Below are positions 52,136 to 64,000 of a stretch of 64,000 bases of DNA, in pieces (position 1 is the stretch's first letter; each line of letters starts with the position of its first letter). The stretch lies in contig CM120644.1 in NCBI GenBank assembly GCA_051362555.1, positions 13,104,567-13,168,566 on the forward strand. Direction: 5' to 3'. A program made the position numbers and the translations under genes. The stretch comes from Lingula anatina. Its lineage: Eukaryota > Animalia > Brachiopoda. Below the pieces are notes generated by a model. The model had not been told where the DNA came from. It saw nothing but the letters and a program-made list of their open reading frames with translations, and did no database searches.

Positions 52136-54402
52136 TGTAGAGCCGCATTTTGCAACCGACCGCATTTTGCAACCGGTTGCAAAATGCGTTCAGTTGCAAA
52201 ATGCGGTCCTACTAAGTAGAGCCACATTTTGCAACTGAACGCATTTTGCAACTGCAACACATTTTGCAACCAAAGAAAATCGTGAAAACGCATTTTGCAA
52301 CTGCAACGCATTTTGCAACCAGGATTTTTTTCTAAGTCCCTGAAACAGCTTGAAGTACGAGACAGGTAGGCTACGGTATAATTGGGGTGGGGGCGGGTTT
52401 GCTTCGACTATGTATGCTGAAACTGGCCAGGCTGCCCCTGGGGTGGACGATAATATAAAACTTATTTCACATTGTAATTTCCTAAACCATTAGAGTTAGG
52501 AGGTTAAAACGTCAGGGAGTAAAAAAGATATTGTTAGGCATGCACATAGGGGTGTGGCCGTCCCTGGGGGTGGTTGATTGTATTTTTACATTGTATTTTC
52601 TGTTATCTACCCTTATATCTTTAGAATTAGGAAATAAAAGCGTTGGGGATTAATACCATCGTAAGAAATGTGCGTGGGCACTCCAGATTTTTTGTGACTT
52701 GGGGTGTAGTTGTCCCTGGGGGTGGTTGAGATCGTTAGAGATGTGCTCGGGCACATTGGACTTTTTAGTCACTTGGGGAGTGGCCGTCCCTGGGGATAGT
52801 TACTTGACTGTAATATTTTCACCGTAATTTCTTTCATCTCCTTCTCGACCATTCGAGTTAGGAGCACGAGTCTTTGGTGCATGGGTACAGGGGAATTTTA
52901 GTGTGACTTTGGGTGTGATTGTCCCTCAGGGGATGGGGTGATTGGTGGTACGTCAGACAATTAAGCTGATTCCACTGATTGCACTTAAGTGAGATCCCCT
53001 GCAAAGTTGGACCGACCCAGCTAGTAGGATGTATGAATCTGAAAGCTGTCTTTGAGTTAAGAAGGAAGGGGAATGCAAAGAACGCAGCAGACGGCACTTA
53101 ATAACAGACCTTCAGCGGTATGCTTGAATATAGGTCAAGTTAATTAAAAACCCATGCAAGACCCCATATACATGTACTTTCAGGCATAGCCTCTGTAGAG
53201 CAACACACATGCTAATTACTATTTATGATTAATTAACATATAAAACACAACGGCTAGTTTAACGCCAGGATTTCTGAGTGTGTAGGGCCTTATGGTTGGC
53301 ATGGGTCGAAAGGACAGCTTTAACTGGATTCCTTGACCTATATTCATGCCTACGACTGTAAGTGCGTTTAGTGCTATGTGCGCCGCTGCTGTTCTCTACA
53401 TTCCTCAAAAACCCATGTACATTCATTATCAATCCCCAACATTTCATGTTCCTAACTCTAAGGGTAGATACATGTAGTAGAAGTAACGGTGCAAAAAATA
53501 GAATCAACCACCCCCAGGGACGGCCACACCCATCAATACCCCAGAAGGATCCATATCCCTAAAGACATGTTTTCAATTCCCATAGCCTTCCGTTCCTGAA
53601 TTATATGGTCTAAAGGTAGATAGCAGAAAATATAACGTCTAATTGTATTCAACCACCCCCAGGACCACACCCTCAGTCAAAAAAATTAAATGCCATTCAA
53701 CGTCCCAAATTATACTGTAGCTACGTTTCATGCTTTAACTCAAATGGCCGATACAATGGGCAGATAGCAGAAAATACGTTGTAAAATAAGTATCAACCAC
53801 CCCCAGGGACAACCACACCCATGTCACAATAAATTTCCGAAGTGCCCATGCACATTTCTTACGATAGTGTATTAATCCCCAACTTTTTTATTTCCCAATT
53901 CTTAAGATATAAGGGTAGATAGGAGAAAAATACGAAGTAAAAAGAACTATCAACCACCCTAGGGACGGCCACACCCCCAATTAAAAAAAATCCGAAGTCC
54001 CATGCACATGCCTAACAAAATGTTTATAATTATTAACGTTTAGAGTTCCTAACTCTAATGGTTTAGGAAATTACAATGTGCAATAAGTTTTATATTTTCG
54101 TCCACCCCAGGGGCAGCCTGGCCAGTTTCAGCATACATAGTCGAAGCAAACCCGTCCCAACTTCATTTCTACCTGTCTCGTACTTCAAGCTGTTTCAGGG
54201 ACTTAGAAAAAAATCCTGGTTGCAAAATGCGTTGCAGTTGCAAAATGCGTTTTCACGATTTTCTTTGGTCGCAAAATGTGTTGCAGTTGCAAAATGCGTT
54301 CAGTTGCAAAATGCGGCTCTACTTAGTAGGACCGCATTTTGCAACTGAACGCATTTTGCAACCGGTTGCAAAATGCGGTCGGTTGCAAAATGCGGCTCTA
54401 CA
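52136..54402. mobile_element. Foldback-type non-autonomous DNA transposon with ~600-bp modular inverted arms
   Basis: 52136-~52500 is a near-perfect reverse complement of ~54045-54402, with ~9 GCATTTTGCAAC modules per arm. Looser inverted similarity continues to ~52735/~53790 through ~150-bp subrepeats anchored on TCAACCACCCCCAGGGAC--CCACACCC. No transposase ORF in the centre. Confidence 0.85.
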
Positions 54403-54959
54403 CTGCCTTTAAGGTTTGCGAACAGGGTTTGGATCTGTTCATTAATGTTCATTATAAATCATTGCTACTGAATAGATGATAGTGATGACATATGGCAGTT
54501 TCTTTTTCATTGCCTATGAAGTATTGATGACGGATTCTATTAGTGGCGTACATCAATCTCAATTTTGTTAAAACGAGCTACCTAATGGTATTGTCGAACT
54601 ATAAAATAAATGATTAATTGAATCTTATTGTTTTAGATTGGAAAGATAAACTCTGTAGTTATTAGTAAATCGAGTTTTGCTTCAATGCTATGGTAATTGA
54701 TATTGTTGATGGGACCGCTACTGGTTACGGTGCTTTTATTGGCGGCAAACATCATTTGCCATATCAGTTTTATTCCATTATAATTGTATGTGGGTATTCG
54801 CGTCATTAAACCCTAGTTTTAAAACCAGCTGAAGCGTTTCTTCTCGAAACGAAACCTCCATTTACCCAATTAAGACATCAGTAGTAGTTCAATTAAATAC
54901 AATATTGTGTTGATTTTATAACACAAATAGACACAGCTAATGTTTCAGAGCAACACTTA

Positions 54960-55201
54960 GGGCTCATTTCCAATGAAACTATCGTTCTACGTAGATCGAT
55001 CCAACTCTCGGGGACTCTCGTTGAATGCAATCAGATTAACAGATTAACATGCATCCTCATGGTGTTGAGCAGAATACAGAAACTTTGGTGATTGCACCAG
55101 TAATTTGGAAATGAAAAAGGTGCGTTAATCTGTAAATCTGACTGTCTTTAGCAAGAGTCCCTGAGGAGTGGGATCGACCTATGCAGAACGGGAATGAGCC
55201 T
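54960..55201. mobile_element. Degenerate palindromic MITE-like element
   Basis: GGCTCATT..CGTTCTACGTAGATCGATCC..GGGACTCT..CAGATTAACAGATTAAC pairs with GTTAATCTGTAAATCTG..AGAGTCCC..GGATCGACCTATGCAGAACGGGAATGAGCC. Confidence 0.65.
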
Positions 55202-57960
55202 CTTGACTTCTGTAAGTGGAATACTACATGTTTTTACTATACTGATTATCTTGAACTGAGGTAGACGCTGCCTTTGACGTAATTGTTTAGACACATCTTC
55301 GATCTAAAGTTCTTTTTTTAGACCGACTTCAACTTTTTGCCGCTGTTCATCGAAGGAATGATTTAAGTGGTTACATGTGTTATTGATATTTGATGTTGGT
55401 TGAATCATTTACCCACCTAATCAGCCTAAAAGCACAACATTGAGTAGTTTTAATTATTGCATTTACGCGATATTTTGCAATGAAAGTATGTTTAAACGGG
55501 GAACACGATAATCCTGTATATACAAGTATTACGGAAATAATAAACTTGCAAATTCTCCTAATTCAAAACCCAACTTCAGTTTATGTCTCCTCTTCACTGG
55601 GAGAGTAAAAAACAGTCTCCAATAACCTTTTATCTTGTACAGAAAAAATAAGCACGCCAAACGGCTTAAAATGTTACGACTGATTGTCAGTTTACTTCTG
55701 TGCTGTTTATAAGTGTCGGTAAGTGAAGTAGGAGATATTACTTTTTATCCCTTCAAACACTAAACTTGTTATACAAAAAACAAAAATTAAAATAAGTTTA
55801 AACTGCCTAACTTCATGGACGGCCAGCTGCGGGAAGCCGGCTCTGCGATATTCGTCCAAGGACTTTGAGTACGAACAATTGGCCCACAGTGACTTAGATT
55901 GACATACATGAATGCACTAATGTCACTGCTGAATGTAAATATTCGTGTCAAGTTAATCCCTATACATGTATACTAAGGTGAGCTGGTTTGAAGATGTATA
56001 GAAAACAGAGAAAATTGCCGCATATAGGTTTGCTTCTCTTTCATAAATTAAAGACGAACGTTCTGCATATCAACGTGTTTATTCTCACATATGTGTTTTA
56101 GGTATTTGTATTGGGAAGCTATCGCACATAACTTCGTTTCAAACAGTGATGAACTACATGTTGCAACTTTACGTTACTATCTAGGTCATGCAGATAGTGC
56201 CATTATTGTGGAATGCAAAAATATAGTGTCGGTGTTAAAGCAGCCGATGAAATGTTGAAGGCTTGTCGCGCCGTCTACAGGAAATAATTGCAGTACGCGG
56301 TAGACGCACACGCTGTTAGGCACGTGATCTTTAACGAGCACCACCTAATGCTAATTGTGTGTGAATTTGGTGACATTTGATGGCGTCTTTTCAATTTTAT
56401 AGACATTTCTTTACATCTGTAGAAGTCACAGTGAAACAGTCGATTTGAGGGGGTACCTCTTATAAATTTTACTAAATGGTATAAAATATGTATATTTTCA
56501 CCACTATTTTGTATTTTTAACCATTAATCATGTTAGACACGGTATCCGTAATAAAAAACATTATTTCTAACAGTTTACAGCTGTGAGGTGATCATTTGTA
56601 AATAAAAGTACATGGAAATGGGGGTGGGACAACCTTTTTGACCAATGTTGTATATTCAAAATTATGTTAAACATTGATTTCTACGATTGCATTCTGCGAG
56701 CTAGAATATAAGAAGCAATCACGTCTTTCCGTTTAAGCGCAACAGCAGCAAACTGAAAGAGCAAAAAAAAAAAAAAAAAAAGGTCGGAAGTATTACCGAA
56801 TCGAGTTAGATCAGTAGAGTTATAAATGATTTGTGTCTGTGAGCAGAGCTAAAAAAGAAGCAAAACACAAATGACCTTTATGGCACCAACTAAACCACGT
56901 GCCGTAATAACCAAAACGCTCGCGTGCTGCAAAGTTAGCTACAAACATGAAGCTTGTCGTTTTCTTCAACTCAGATAAAAATTGGAGCGACTGTTACTGG
57001 GATATCCTGTTAATAGATCGTTTTACCTTATCTTAATTGATAATCAGAGTACTTGAAGAAGGCATCCTTATCTTAATGGTTCACGCGAGGGGTTTTTGAA
57101 GGACACCAAGTATTTGCACAGGCGAGTTTTTTATTGGAATTGGAATTTTTTCCAACACGTGTCAGCGGATTGACATTTACGACAACACTTGCCCCATACC
57201 TCTTGTTGACAAACGATGCGTCCAAGTGCACTCTTAGATCCGGAAGTAGTTTAAATGCACGCGGGAAATGACGCCGCCAAACGGCCCCACCCCATTGCTC
57301 TCAAAAAGATCCGAAACCTGATTGCGCAGTGGTGTTCTTTATTCAGGTGAGTTAATCATCATTATCTTCTGCTGATGCTTACCAACCTATTTCCGCAAAC
57401 AAGTTAGACTAGATGTGACCGCGCTTTGTGTTTTCAGAACAGCTTAAAGCAATGCCTTGTCTGAACTCACTTTCAAGTGGATAGATAAAACGGCGTTTGA
57501 CATGCGGTGAACTTCTTTACCATCGCTTTAGAGAGCAGGAAGCATACTTCAAGGTTCCGATTCGCCATTTGAAAGAAAAGAAAGGCGATTCTTCCTGAGG
57601 GGAATTCTGTCTGTTGTAACGTGTTCAGTTGGAATACAATTTAGGTATGTAAAGCAACATGTACATTTTAAACTGATTTGTGTGTAAGTTGTTATTGGGG
57701 ACTGGGGAAACAGGGAAGACGCAAAGGGCAATGACAGGCAGCAAAGGTGAGGGGGTAGTGTTAAATTAAAAGAAAAAAAAACTTATGTCAATCTACAGAT
57801 AAGGTTTGGAAGTGGAGTCAGATGCATAATGATACATGATGCAGTATAACTTTAATCTAAAGTGGATTAAAACTCTCTATCAACAAAACGGCTCCGAATA
57901 AAACTGGCTGTGATAGTGTGTATGTGTGTGCGCGCGCATGTCCACGCGTGTGTTGTGCAC

Positions 57961-58012
<52 letters not shown>

Positions 58013-60927
58013 GGTTTGTCAACATCGATCGTGAACGCAATGGCCAAAGAAAACATATTACTTTTTCCCGACAGGCAAATTTTCTTATCATAACAGTTGA
58101 TTGTCACTCACTGTCAACTTATCTCCCTGTTTGTCTGTCACTGCCTGATGCAAGTCTTTTATAAACGGATGAGAAAATCATTATTACACGGGTGATTTAA
58201 CTGGCATTCTGTATGAAAATCAAATCAAATCAGTGTGTCAGTGTATTAAGAGTTGTCAATTAATATGCTGTCAATTTCAAACCGGGTATTTGGACGATGT
58301 ATGTAACGGAATTCTTGTAACCGACGATCTGAATAGTCTGTACGTCGCGTTGTAAAATTAGGTGTCATCAATTACTGTCAAGTTATCTGGGTAAATGTGT
58401 CATGGTTGCAGACGACAAAACGTAATCATTTGAAGGTTTTGATTGCAATTCCGTGTCAATTGCTGTCAAATATCCCAGCTATGCCTTGCTTTGTCGCTGG
58501 TGAAGACTTTAACATGGCGCTTATTGCGATATTCTATAGCTCCGGAATACAATTGGAATTGGCGGTATATTTTGTTCATCAATGTCGCCTGTTAGTATCA
58601 AGTGATGAAGTTTTTACGTGAAGTAGACCAAATTTTCTTTTTAAGTTCAAAGTAATTGTGAGGCTTTATATGTCCCTGGACCGTTTTGTTACAGTAGAGC
58701 GTGGTAAACGGCATTTTTTTCATTATCGTTGATACAATTAATTGTTTGCATTCATTAAATTCACTACCAAAACATGTGCTTTGAAGCGCGTCTAAGATCG
58801 TTAGTGCTCTAAGTAGAAGCACCAGGAAAACATTAGTGCACCTAAACATTTTTGAATGAAACATTCAATTTCGTAGATACTATCTTCTTAATGATATTAT
58901 ATAATTTATAAAGACTTATGCCCCATTAGCCAATGTAGGGCACGTGCGCGAACATCATTAGAGATATGTCGGCAGGTGAAATGATATCTTTATTAGTATC
59001 CATAAAAATGCCGCCGTTAAAGAACCGTAGGGTTTATAAGCTGGTTCAGAGAGGGGTAAGAGAATAATGGCTCTCAAATCCCCTTCACTTAACTATAGAT
59101 CATTAGTTTCAATTCGGACTGAAGATCAATAAGTTGTTACAAGGAAATTTGTCAGATATCGTAATGTATTTCTGGTAAAATGTAGCATGTATCAATGAAC
59201 GAAGGGAATATAAATGTAGGGTTGCTTTTTGCTGACAATTTGGAGTTTCTTTTCCTTTGTGAATGCTTCTTTTACGGTGGCCGTCCTCATACTACAGTGT
59301 ATCACGATTTACAGACAGCTGATGGTTTTCATTGTAGTTACGGGGGTTGGTATCTCAGGTGGTAATTTTTTTTTTTTTTTTTGAACCCCGGTCTCGTTTA
59401 CCGTTGTATAGTTCTCTGAATAGAAAAAAAGTGAATTTTGTAGCTGTATTGACATTACCTGACCAATATTCTGTATCCAAACCATGTATAGACATACGAA
59501 TCACTTTGAAGTCCCGAGGTGTGAGCCATCTCACAGTGGCTGAACCAATATGTCTTGCACGGTGGAAGAAGTTGCTGTTGAGAATGTGCTTGAAGTTACA
59601 CTTGTTTTTTACTATTATTCAAAACCAAGCGTCTTAAACTGTACATGTCTCTCTTCCCCACCCCCACCCCCACCCCAACCCCAAATAAAAGAGGGAAAAG
59701 AGGAAAGAAAACTGACATGATGACAGTAGCACTTATAGTTGATCTTTTTTTAACTTCAAGTAAACAGAAACAAACATTGAAGAATCTTTCCTCCTTTCCC
59801 TTTCCTTAAACCCATGAAATTTGCGTGACATAATAAGAAAAGAGTTAAAGTAATTTTCCCTGCACACTCCAAGTAATATATTTCACGAGAAATCTTGGGG
59901 CTATTTGGCTATTGCTAATACTTCTTTAGCTGGCTGATGTTTGAAACCGTTTTCAGGACGTAACACGCGTATTCCAGATACGGTTCATAGCTGCTTTTAG
60001 TTTTTTTCAGCAAATGACTTGCCAGCGTTATATCAAGGATAGCGAACCACTCGTTTTAACCTTCAACGTTTTTTTAAATCTAAAATATCTTGTTCTTGTA
60101 TCGAAGCCTGCTGGTTTAAAATAGTTTTTCATGATCATTGGTGACCATTATGAATTTAGGAAGTTCCAGTGAAATCGTAATGATTAGCCCAAATTATTGA
60201 AAAAATCCTAGTTGTTATCCAGTACATCAAAAATGATAAAAAATGCATTATGGACGATAAATGAAGCATATGGCTTGTCGGGAAAGCAGTATGTTGCAGT
60301 CAACTTTTTGATAGCTATTTTGAATTTCAGTTTTTTCTTACATCTAAATAGAAAGGTGCGGTTTTAATAAACACTGTACACAAAGGTAAAGCGACCATGC
60401 TAGACTTGTTAATGCTAGACTTGTTGAAAATACTTGTATTTTCCCAATTACTTTGCAAGCAGCTTCTGATAGCTTATGCTATAAGGTATCTGGAAATGAA
60501 AAAAAAAAAAAAACGGGGGTGGGGTTCGTTTTTTTGGCCACCGGCCTAAATGGCACGTCTCAGCCCCCCTCGACTGTCAAGGTCTGCAGCCACGGTGGAA
60601 GTACGCAGCTGATATGGTTCTGTATGTTTAAGGGGTTGTTCGGTACTGTGGCTAATTATTTTGAACACATCAAGGAAATCAACATGATGTCCGTTAATGA
60701 TTGAACACACTGTGTTATGTGAGACAGATGAGGGCTTTACAAAGTGCCGAGAGATCACCCAAAGGTTGTTCTGACTGATGTACGTCTCTTGCGTCCAGGC
60801 TGTAGGCTGTTAAAACACGGTGCTTGCTTTATATATGGACATGGAGCAAACAGGAAATTGTGTTTTTTTAAACAAAATCGCCTGTTTTTTTTAGCCACAT
60901 ATGTAGCCTAAGTCACAGACAAAGTTC

Positions 60928-61080
60928 ATCCGCGAACTAACAGATCAGAGGATCAAACCTACTTTAAAGCTTGCCGTGTAATCCCTGCAGGGAATCTGTT
61001 CAATGTCTATTAGGAGTTTATGCGGCAAGCTTTCAAGTGGGTCAGCCATATTTGATACGCAGATCTGTTTGTAAGCGGAT
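60928..61080. mobile_element. Short palindromic MITE-like element (third family member)
   Basis: ATCCGC..AACAGATC..ATCAAA..AAAGCTTGCCG pairs with CGGCAAGCTTT..TTTGATACGCAGATCTGTT..GCGGAT. CATATTTGATACGCAGATCTGTT is shared exactly with the 42431 copy. Confidence 0.65.
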
Positions 61081-62835
61081 CATCTTGATCTGAATCCCCC
61101 TCCCTAAAAAAAACGGTGCTTGCTTTTTACGTGGACATGATGCAAATAGCAACTAAATCAAATTGCAAGTTCTATAGCTATATGAAAACAAGCGTCAGAA
61201 GTGTATAATATAATAGAATGAACGAGTTTATCTTTAATAAGTTTAGACTTGTGAATTGTCTTCTGCGTGTTTATAATAACCTACCAAATCTGGTCTGTTA
61301 TGAACAGTGTCGATGAACGCTTGTTCAAAAAGATGTTAATAACATATGATATGGTATATATTTCTTGTATAGAACATGATATTGTTTACAAATATCTGTA
61401 TATGTCCTGTACAATTTAAAATGAAAACAGACAAATGCTTGGTTTGAAAACATCCGTGTTTGCTTTTAGCAAATATAAAAAAACAGCAGTGCTGTATACT
61501 TTATAAGTACAATTTGCACTAGTTATTTGATCCCTCTCATTGCCCTTTCCAGAAAGGATTTACAGTATTACCCCTGAAATCACGGAAGGAATCGCATTCA
61601 TCATAAAGTAAAAATGTTTTTTCCTTTAGAAAATGAATGTTTGTATGTGAATTTTTTCTATCTAATGAGCAGCTCCCGACTACTGCCCTCCCCCGCTCCT
61701 CCCTCGCCGGATAGAAGTGGAACCGATGTTTTTTGTCTGACACAAAAAGGGTAGGGCAACGCTTCGAAGACGATAAATATCTAAACTAATTACGAAAACC
61801 ATTTCTGTTTTTTATAACTAAATTCCAGTGATTGGTCTTAACTTTTAGCCCAATATTTTAGTTTACTCTGATAAAAGATGAATCAGCAGCAGTCCTTTTT
61901 ACCATAATAAAGTAGCGACATATTTCAGCACACTTGCTTTTTGAAAGTGGACGACTATGAATATTATCTTGTACCGAAAGAGACCAACTTTTTGGTCAAT
62001 GCGTCTGAACTACTTTTTGGACTGGAGATACGTTATGAAATGGCCCCCGGCTGGAAACACCTTCTTTCCAGATACCTTCATACTCGTTCCCTGTTATCAT
62101 TTGTAAAAGATCAGTTAATCACCGGTCAGACAGATGGCAAAGCTTTATCTTGCTTTTTCATTCGTTCCGGCCGGACATTACGGGAATACCTATCTAGTGC
62201 AGCGTCGTAAACAGCCGCTTAAGAAAGGTAAAACTATTTCAGAAGCCTCCTCTATGCTGGTAAATACTTATTAATAGCCCGAAACAACTAGAAAGTTGTT
62301 AGACATTTAGAGTTTACATGACTTCCACGGAACCGATTATGTAAGAACGTCGTGCGCTGTTTGGCACAATAACTTTGGTCTGGTGCTTGTATTTATGAAA
62401 GGGATGTCATATTTATAGAATAAAGCTTTAGTTAACACGAGAACAGCGCTCAGAGGTGTTAAAAATAACAAATCGTTTAAGGATATTTCGGAACTATTGG
62501 ATTTCATGTCGCTGAGTGCTTTTCACATATCTTTGTTTCACAAAATCGTGTTTGGTTCTTGATTATTCTTCGACAAGAGCTGAGGCAAGCCGTTTATACA
62601 AAACATATTATTTTCAAATGTGCTTAATAAGGCACAATGTAAAAAAGCTCTAGGCATGATGAAGGGATTTATGATTCAGAGATTAGAAATTGCTTATTCA
62701 TAAATGCATATCACTACTCAGTCTAAGCATCATGTTAAGGTCTTTAAAGTGGAGAGAGCAAGGTAATATTATTGACGACCCAGACTTTATGAAAATGACC
62801 AGCAATAAGATGTTGTCAAATCGATCACTTTGTTT

Positions 62836-63723
62836 AAACTATACCGTTTTTTATGCAAAAGGTAATTCGCCTGGACCCACGTTTTCGCGACTTTCCGATT
62901 TCTTGGCCAGGTGGTTGTTGCGGTGAACTGACATGCCTCTTCCGGGAATTAAACTCGTAACTTTGAGTAATTACCAATTTTTTGCAACCATGCACGTCAC
63001 CGACTGCGCCGCGACCGGCACGCCCAGCCTGTGTGTTTCCTCTTATGTATGTGAACATCTGTGTCCAAGACAGCGGAGTTACCACGGAGCGGCAGACGCT
63101 TCTTTGGCAGGCACCTGATCAAATGGAAACTTTCCACCTTGTCACGGTCAGAAGCCGACACTTTCCTAGATAGATAATTTTTGTGACTTTGTTTTAGCTG
63201 AGATTTAGTTTGGCTTCACCCATAACGTTAAAGAGCACAATGGGATCAAAGGCGGTTCACACCGGGTCGGTTTAAATTTCAGCAAGCCCCAGGGAATTTG
63301 GAATCGTTAAAAAAAGTTTAAATGTGTAAAGGCGGGTGCGCTTTCCATTCAGGTAATTGCGATGATGGGAATTTAGAGGAAAAAACTTATTTGGCAAATA
63401 GTTCCGCCGAGAAGATACCATTTCTTTCTGCTGTACGCGGTTTACAGGTGGTTCGACGTAATGTTATAACGAGAAAGCTACTGAATCAATTCAAGTTTGG
63501 ACCACTTATGCTAAACTATACCGATTTTTATGCAAAATGTAATTTGTACGGAACCACGAGAGTCCGCGCATCTGGGGAACTTATAGTAATCAAACACATT
63601 TTTTTTTAGAAATTATCTCTAGTAAATACGTTGCCTGTAACATTATAGGATTTGAACCCACGTGTATGTATCTAGCTACACTGTATGCCCAAGACAGCGG
63701 AGTAACCACGAAGCCTTGTCACG
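62836..63723 (+). repeat. Two degenerate copies of a ~200-300-bp repeat (62836-63146 and 63514-63723)
   Basis: Shared collinear blocks: AAACTATACCG-TTTTTATGCAAAA-GTAATT, CCAAGACAGCGGAGT-ACCACG and CCTTGTCACG. Confidence 0.55.
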
Positions 63724-64000
63724 ATGAGGGCCAGTTTGGATGTACATGTACATGTATAAATTTGTAATAGACATCGATAGTCCGGGTGCCGTGCAAATGC
63801 ATTTCATCCCGCCCCAGTTCCCTCAGAAATCACAATTTGCAAAACATAACGGAACAAAAGCGTGTGTTTGACACCTATTTTGTAATTGTGTGTCGCAGTA
63901 ATCGATTGCATCATTCACTTTCCAGAATGTTTTTTTATGACACGTTGTAAATCAATCGATTGTAGGTTTATACCACATTGGTGTATATAATTTTGTTGAA

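Noticed and set aside
48818-54412. Repetitive peptides (RYAEGSLCR, LQLQNAFS) in ORFs at 48818-49694, 52039-52311 and 54076-54412
   Set aside because: Translations of the tandem modules in inverted-repeat arms, not genes.
63645-63665. B-box-like motif as a tRNA gene
   Set aside because: No cloverleaf or properly spaced A box could be found.
55300-64000. Short ORFs (60-96 aa) in the distal region as exons of a further gene
   Set aside because: No recognisable domains and no consistent splice-phase chain.

Overview
AT-rich, intron-rich animal genomic DNA with many microsatellites, probably a marine invertebrate (lophotrochozoan/mollusc-like; the taxon is inference). Gene order: (1) a head-to-head pair of TTLL4-like ATP-grasp ligase paralogs, copy A on the minus strand (246-~7260, last exon off-window) and copy B on the plus strand (8830-16596, 13 coding exons, ~567 aa); (2) an intronless class A GPCR of the FMRFamide/sex-peptide-receptor-like type; (3) DNAJC1 (minus, 10 exons) and AF10/MLLT10 (plus, 17 exons), with start codons ~305 bp apart on a bidirectional promoter. 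From ~41.1 kb to the end I find no supportable coding sequence. Two copies of a ~2.3-kb Helentron-associated (HINE-like) element with a 146-bp satellite core lie in AF10 intron 5 and downstream of AF10. The non-coding end also holds a 2.3-kb foldback element, several MITEs and a dense one-stranded TGTCA motif cluster. The most interesting signal is that both TTLL4-like paralogs keep the ATP/Mg catalytic core but share substitutions in the substrate-binding motifs (ARG->xGG, HLTNYS->HLTNxD, SPS->SPR, GRK->GCK), which suggests a ligase with altered specificity. All exon boundaries were derived by hand from GT/AG sites and frame continuity, and comparisons to human proteins are from memory.
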